From: Gemmatimonadota bacterium
Lineage (GTDB): Bacteria > JBHIER01 > G020348925
DNA: 64,000 bases
Reading direction: 5' to 3'
Assembly (NCBI GenBank): GCA_020348925.1
Contig: CP070758.1
Span: 4,355,688 to 4,419,687 of the forward strand
Below are positions 59,301 through 64,000 of this stretch, in pieces. A model generated the notes under the pieces. The model had not been told where the DNA came from. It was given only the letters and a program-made list of their open reading frames with translations, and did no database searches. The translations under genes were made by a program, and so were the position numbers. Numbering within the stretch: position 1 is the stretch's first letter; the number at the start of each line of letters is the position of its first letter.

Positions 59301-60274
59301 TCACCGTGAATTCTCAACTGACCGTCACCGCCAATCTTACCACATGTCCAGGAAATCGTGTACGGGGGGATGCGAACGGCGACATGGTCGTTGATGTGGT
59401 GGATGTTTTAGCAGTTATCAACCATATTCTGGGTACAGCCCCTCTGACTGGGAATGCTCTCCTCTGGGCCGACTGCAACAACGACGGAACGATCAACATT
59501 TTGGATGCCCTGTTAATAGTAAATAGCATACTGGGCATTGGCAATTGCGCTCCCAAGTTAGGAGTCTCCACGGCCCAGGTTTGGGCACCGGAGATCTCTT
59601 TGAACCATACGAAGGGCTTTGAGCTGTCCCTGATTGTTGATACCAATATGGATATAGCCGGGGCTCAGATTTCGCTTGATTTTAATCCGGCTGAACTCAG
59701 AACAGGTATCCTGAAATTGAACGAGCGCAGTTGCGAAATGACTCTGGCTTCCCATAGCGAGAGCGGGCGATTGTCGATCGTTGTTTATAGCCTTGAGGGG
59801 AATACTATCCCGCCTGGCACTGACCCTATTCTCACCATACCTTTTGAGACGTCGGATCGCAGGGTTCGGATGTCAGATATTAAAATGAAGTTCGGTGAGG
59901 TTGTTGTGGCGGGTAGCTGCAATGAATTTATTCCTGTGGGGATATCGCCAATCACAATTAAGCCCGATGATTCGATGCCACTGAGCTTCAGCCTGTCTCA
60001 GAACTATCCCAATCCCTGCAATCCCTCATCAGATATTAAATATCGGATTGGAGATACCCGTTCCCCCGCCCACATCAGCCTGAAAATCTACAACATCCTT
60101 GGGCAGGAAGTGCGGACGCTGGTTGACAAGATGCAGGAACCAGGATATTATACAGCAACCTGGGATGGAAGGGATGGCACCGGCAGACAGGTTCCGAGTG
60201 GCGTGTATTTTTACACACTTTCAGCCTCCGATGGTCAGTGGTCGGATACAAAACGAATGGTCTTGCTGAAGTAA
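56357..60274 (+). CDS. Large secreted modular protein: pro-like domain, IPT/TIG, matrixin-like metallopeptidase, beta-helix, Ig/B-repeats, dockerin, cohesin-like, FlgD/T9SS-type CTD
   Basis: HELGHALGLDD; ISGN..G/IAFNG helix repeats; GDANGD..VDVVD and ADCNNDGTINILD; SQNYPNPCN..WDG..SGVYF; AGGAGG RBS. Confidence 0.85.
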   Translation: MRAQRYCRVMLGGCIICLILATHLVHATVVQLTLNERITQASTILKGAVKGSHSYWKDGIIYTDVTLRVDRYLKGESNGENFILTLPGGQVGGICLSVSDVPYFLEGEEVILFLQKGTLIPLVGCFQGKLSLHEQALVGLDMRVIELQNKINRLSGYPEDFAGLTPRGKPLFVTEDVLSPPIVKPQKRGPGALQPGITGITPSVASSGTNTQVVISGSGFGTNTGQAKVEFYHGQPGLQTYIQAQIISWTSTSITCVVPSVLQGFNINCASSGNVVVTDNTGVQSPGFMYTITFGYMGGQWSGTAPNVGFFINENTSDCTGEGQAIQNAMATWTNCGSSLSFSYSGTSTSTAAAQDGTNLMCWVTGTGAVALCYHFFNLNNWPNATMPEVDIVFDDGFTWTIASTSPPLNTYDVESVALHELGHALGLDDDWTVVAGVPKVLYAWGTQQQIRRTLHAYDINGAQWIYPVTGGQITVNTTASTGTGSLDWAITQAEANPGPDNIVFAIPGSGPHTIQAPSGGFPPLIDAGTTIDGFTQPNASPNNNPWGQPSNAALTIEIDGTPMNGGIGFQIIGSNITLRGLAINNFYHPVTQFGWGVFMNGASNCQICGCHIGTNITATAPAPNGLGVYISEYARLNTIGGTTPGDLCIISGNGRDGIYMELTSQNSISNCFIGTDFTGAGPLGNGQNGLSLAWAANTNTIGPNNIIAFNGGDGIRNDDQGSLGTVSNMFTQNSIHTNTGLGISNINGGNGAIVAPTITTVAGTSVSGTTVPNATVEIFTDPVDEGQWYHGTTVSDGSGNFTWAGALSGPFVTATVTDGAGNTSNFSAPMSSGAVQITVTTSPHGLGITVDGTPYSAPQTFWWTSGSSHSIGVTSPQPGGTGIQYVYSSWSNGGAQTQSITVPSSPTTYTANFSTQYQLTASVFPTATPPCGSITANPPGPWYSPGTVVTLTAHPDVTNYPGVYLAYWSGGAGGTTNPTTVTVNSQLTVTANLTTCPGNRVRGDANGDMVVDVVDVLAVINHILGTAPLTGNALLWADCNNDGTINILDALLIVNSILGIGNCAPKLGVSTAQVWAPEISLNHTKGFELSLIVDTNMDIAGAQISLDFNPAELRTGILKLNERSCEMTLASHSESGRLSIVVYSLEGNTIPPGTDPILTIPFETSDRRVRMSDIKMKFGEVVVAGSCNEFIPVGISPITIKPDDSMPLSFSLSQNYPNPCNPSSDIKYRIGDTRSPAHISLKIYNILGQEVRTLVDKMQEPGYYTATWDGRDGTGRQVPSGVYFYTLSASDGQWSDTKRMVLLK

Positions 60275-60293
60275 TGTCCTGAAATTTTGAATG

Positions 60294-60337
60294 TACTCAA
60301 AAACCCTCTTCAGAATATTCAGGAGGGTTTTTGAGTA
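60294..60337. terminator. Long hairpin / probable terminator
   Basis: TACTCAAAAACCCTC...GAGGGTTTTTGAGTA, perfect 15-bp inverted repeat after the stop. Confidence 0.75.
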
Positions 60338-60421
60338 TGTGTCAGTTTCAACTTGCCGTGGAACGGAAAAAGTCATAAGTTAAAAAGAAAGACCACAACC
60401 TGATTTCACACGGAGGTATAT

Positions 60422-63400
60422 ATGTCGAGACGCCAATCCGTTCTCTTCCTCCTTGTTCTTCTCGTGTCGATACATACAATGAATACCCTTGGTGTTGAAA
60501 GCAACGAAAGATTCATCGACGAATGGCTTGTTCTGGGAGCTTTCACATATGAACAAGAGCAGGAGCGCCTGGCTGTCGATTTCCTTCAGGGCGAACATAA
60601 TGTCATTCCCTATGACGGTGCTGTCACTTCCGGTAAGATCTGGAAAAAATTGCGCATTGATTACAAGGGCAAACTCGATTTTATCACGCAGGGCGACTTT
60701 GGCGACACAGAGAACACCGTCTGCTACGCGCACGCTTTTATACGGAGTCCGACGGAACACAATGCCTTCCTTCTAGTCGGCAGCGACGATGCCGTAAGAA
60801 TTTACGTCAACGGCATTGACGTCCATTATCACGAAATCCCTCGGGGTTGGAGGCCTGATCAGGATACGGTTATGGTTCGTCTCGGAATTGGTTGGAACCG
60901 GCTGACGGCCAAAGTAGCCAATGGTGTCGGAGATTTTGCTCTGTCGGTGCGATTGGTAGACGAGCAATTCGAACCTCTCAGAGATATTCAGTCTCAGAGT
61001 GAAAATCCTGCGGGAAGAGGAGCATTTGAAATGATTTCTGTCAGTCCTCATCTTCGTATCATGGACACGGGGTTTTCCGGTTTCTCGATGACCGGTCAAG
61101 ATCTCCGCCTCGAACTGTTTGCCGACATTCTCAATCTCGGGACCGAAAAACCGGCGAAGGCTGATGTGCGACTGGAGGGCGCCTTTGGCGAAGCCCGGAA
61201 ATACCGAATAGAGCGTCATCCATACGAGCGGATTTTGTTTCAATTCACACCGGTGGAAATTGAACGTCTTGCGCATGGCGACAAGCGGTTGAAGATTGAA
61301 CTTGTGTGGGATGGACACTTTGACTCGGAACAGCTGATCTTCGAACCGTGGGACGCTCTCAAGAGCCTGCTTGCGGGGATTGAGTTGCGAGGTTGGACAT
61401 ACTGCTCGGGTGATGTTGATGTGGCCACCACAGATTATCTCGAAGGGACGAAATGGGTGCCCTACACGCCTGATGGGGTTGTCGAAATACCAACGGGCGT
61501 AGTAACCTTTGCGAATCGTTTTATTCTGCCCCCTGAACTTATCGGTTTTCCGTTATCACTATATATTCCTGAGAAATATGAACACTCGCAATTTTGGATA
61601 AACCGAAAAGAGCAGAAGGTGCAGGAGGGAAAATTGCACCTGGCACAAGCGGAGGAGAACGCACACAGTATGTTCATCATCGCACGGATTGACTCTCTGA
61701 AGGGAAAACCGCCCTTCCTCTCAAAAATCAACCCAACAATGGACTCGTTCTCTCTCTTGAGTGCTGATGCGTACTGGGCGCCGGTCTTCACCGGCGGTCA
61801 GGTTGCTCTCATCGATGAAACCGCATCTGAATTGCTCATCGCCGCTTTACGAGAAGACAAATCGGAGTTTTTCAACCTGGTCGACAGGGAAGCCCGTCGC
61901 TTTCATGACGTCTCCCCACGGATCAAAGAGAACACGATCAATGTCATCGGCAACGCCCATATCGACATGGCCTGGCTGTGGCCCTGGTCCGAGACCGTGG
62001 ATGTGTGCCAGGTGACCTTTGAGCGCGCCCTGAAAAATATGGAACACTATCCGGATTTCCTGTACGCACAAAGTCAGGCTCAGGCCTATGCCTGGATGGA
62101 AGAACGCCATCCTGAGCTGTTTGAGAGAATAAGAAAACGAGTTGAGGAGGGAAGATGGATCATCGTCGGCGGAACGTGGGTCGAGCCTGACAACAACCTG
62201 CCCAGCGGCGAATCACAGGTTCGACAGATTCTTTACGGCAAAAGGTATTTTAAAGAGAAATTCGGCTTTGATGTGAATATCGGGTGGATACCCGATTCCT
62301 TCGGATATGCTTGGACCCTGCCCCAGATCTATCGAAAGTCCGGTTTCAAATACTTTGTTACCCAGAAACTGACCTGGAACGATACCAACGAGTTCCCATA
62401 CAAAGTCTTCCACTGGCAAAGCCCCGACGGCAGCCGGCTCTTTTGCTATTTTCCCTACACATATACTCATGACCTGGGTCCGAGGCGCCTGGCCGAGCAA
62501 TTTCTTGACTATCATAAACGCACCGGATTGAAGGATCAACTTGTCCTCTACGGGACAGGGGACCATGGCGGCGGACCGTCGGAGCAGATGATCGACCGGG
62601 TCCAAACCCTCAATGAAATTGGCACGTTCCCCACCGTTCGCCAGGCGAACCCCCAGCGTTTCCTTGATAATCTTGAGCAACAGACGGAAGACCTTCCAGT
62701 CTGCAATGATGAGCTATACCTTGAATACCACCGCGGTTGTTATACAACCCAGGCTCTCATCAAAGAGCGGAACCGGCGGTGTGAGATGCTTCTGGAGACA
62801 GCGGAGAAACTTGCCTCGTTTTCGCAGTTACCATATCCCGCCGAGGATCTCGAGAAGGCCTGGAAAAAGACCCTCTTCAACCAATTTCACGACATCCTGC
62901 CCGGGTCTTGCATCCCCCAGGTGGTGGTCGATGCCAACGTCGACTATGATTGGGTGGAGAAAAAACTGAATGGTATCATCTCAGGGTCTCTCGGGGATAT
63001 AGCCGGACGAATTCATATACACAGCAGAAAAGGAATCCCGGACCGGACGGATATGAAAGAGACGATGGAGATTCCTGTCGTTGTATTCAATCCCTTCTCA
63101 TGGTCTCGAAGCGATATTGTAAAAATTGTCCCTGACCTTTCTTCGCTGCAGAATTTCCATATATCCGATCAAAGTGGTATTGAATGTGTGCACCAGGAGT
63201 ATGGTGATACACTTCTCTTTTTTGCCAAGGATGTTCCACCTCTTGGATATAAGACCTATTGGATCCTGGCCCCCTCGGCTCGCACTCCTCATAACATAAC
63301 CAATGCGACTGGAAACAGTATTTCCAGTCAGTGGTTCCAACTTGACATCAATCCCCAAACGGGCAACTGGGCTAGATTGTATGACAGGAAAAGGCAGGTG

Positions 63401-64000
63401 GATGTTCTGGAGCCTGGCATGGCGGGAAACGTATTGCAGGCTTTTGAGGATGTCCCTGAAGCCTGGGATGCCTGGAATATCGGCTACACCGGAAGGAGTT
63501 GGAATATCGAAGATGTGGAAAGTATCGAAATCATCGAACAAGGTCCTCTCCGCGCCAGGATGCGTATCGTCCGGACCTTTGGAAAATCCCGTTTCATTCA
63601 GGATATCATTCTCTACAATGATATTGCCAGAATCGATGTTGAAAACCAGATCGACTGGCATGAAGATCATATCCTCTTAAAGGCCGCCTTTCCCGTCAAT
63701 GTGCGGAGCGACGTGGTCACCTGTGAAATACCCTATGGCACCATAGATCGGAAGACCATGCCTGTGACCTCTCAGGACAGTGCCAAATTTGAAATCTCGG
63801 CCCATAAGTGGATTGACATGTCCGATGGTTCATACGGTGTCGGGCTGTTGAACGATAGCAAATATGGCCATGATGTCAGGGGAAACATGATGCGCATCAC
63901 CCTGCTCCGATCCCCCAAGTGGCCGGATCCCGGGGCTGATATGGGGCATCATTCTTTCACCTATTCCCTCTATCCCCATGCCGGGGACTGGCGAGAAGCA
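60422..64000 (+). CDS. Secreted GH38 alpha-mannosidase with long N-terminal extension (runs off the right edge)
   Basis: GGAGG RBS and signal peptide; in-frame GNAHIDMAWLWP, GGTWVEPD, WIPDSFG, GDHGGG, YLEYHRG and NQFHDILPG motifs. Absent from the ORF track because there is no stop in the window. Confidence 0.93.
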   Translation, partial: MSRRQSVLFLLVLLVSIHTMNTLGVESNERFIDEWLVLGAFTYEQEQERLAVDFLQGEHNVIPYDGAVTSGKIWKKLRIDYKGKLDFITQGDFGDTENTVCYAHAFIRSPTEHNAFLLVGSDDAVRIYVNGIDVHYHEIPRGWRPDQDTVMVRLGIGWNRLTAKVANGVGDFALSVRLVDEQFEPLRDIQSQSENPAGRGAFEMISVSPHLRIMDTGFSGFSMTGQDLRLELFADILNLGTEKPAKADVRLEGAFGEARKYRIERHPYERILFQFTPVEIERLAHGDKRLKIELVWDGHFDSEQLIFEPWDALKSLLAGIELRGWTYCSGDVDVATTDYLEGTKWVPYTPDGVVEIPTGVVTFANRFILPPELIGFPLSLYIPEKYEHSQFWINRKEQKVQEGKLHLAQAEENAHSMFIIARIDSLKGKPPFLSKINPTMDSFSLLSADAYWAPVFTGGQVALIDETASELLIAALREDKSEFFNLVDREARRFHDVSPRIKENTINVIGNAHIDMAWLWPWSETVDVCQVTFERALKNMEHYPDFLYAQSQAQAYAWMEERHPELFERIRKRVEEGRWIIVGGTWVEPDNNLPSGESQVRQILYGKRYFKEKFGFDVNIGWIPDSFGYAWTLPQIYRKSGFKYFVTQKLTWNDTNEFPYKVFHWQSPDGSRLFCYFPYTYTHDLGPRRLAEQFLDYHKRTGLKDQLVLYGTGDHGGGPSEQMIDRVQTLNEIGTFPTVRQANPQRFLDNLEQQTEDLPVCNDELYLEYHRGCYTTQALIKERNRRCEMLLETAEKLASFSQLPYPAEDLEKAWKKTLFNQFHDILPGSCIPQVVVDANVDYDWVEKKLNGIISGSLGDIAGRIHIHSRKGIPDRTDMKETMEIPVVVFNPFSWSRSDIVKIVPDLSSLQNFHISDQSGIECVHQEYGDTLLFFAKDVPPLGYKTYWILAPSARTPHNITNATGNSISSQWFQLDINPQTGNWARLYDRKRQVDVLEPGMAGNVLQAFEDVPEAWDAWNIGYTGRSWNIEDVESIEIIEQGPLRARMRIVRTFGKSRFIQDIILYNDIARIDVENQIDWHEDHILLKAAFPVNVRSDVVTCEIPYGTIDRKTMPVTSQDSAKFEISAHKWIDMSDGSYGVGLLNDSKYGHDVRGNMMRITLLRSPKWPDPGADMGHHSFTYSLYPHAGDWREA

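Overview
A 64 kb bacterial window, probably from a metagenome-assembled diderm of the FCB/KSB1-like grade (two proteins carry a 'QNYPNPxN...WDG...SGxYF' FlgD/T9SS-type C-terminal domain; there is one 100-N scaffold gap). From left to right it holds: a light/DNA-damage cluster (divergent photolyase-related gene, tspO, DUF523-DUF1722, YbjT-like SDR, class II CPD photolyase, split adaA/adaB); a TetR-headed LolCDE/LolA-like ABC operon; a giant-TPR / beta-barrel / ExbB / ExbD / TonB operon; queF; and a ~17 kb MoxR-DUF58-BatA-E cluster with a PPIase, a GldAFG-like ABC system and DUF4340 embedded. Next comes a ~12 kb accessory tract of minus-strand genes (DUF819, serine hydrolase, IS256 relic, HigBA-IrrE and RHH-RelE toxin-antitoxin pairs, nitrilase plus a nitrilase relic, metallophosphoesterase, S41-like peptidase, SDR) interspersed with several families of REP/MITE-like palindromes. 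The right end has an SBP-HK-sigma54 RR module, an SSS transporter with three coupled small membrane proteins, a large modular metzincin-like protein and a GH38 alpha-mannosidase running off the edge. No rRNA, tRNA or CRISPR array was seen. All calls come from motif reading, not database searches.
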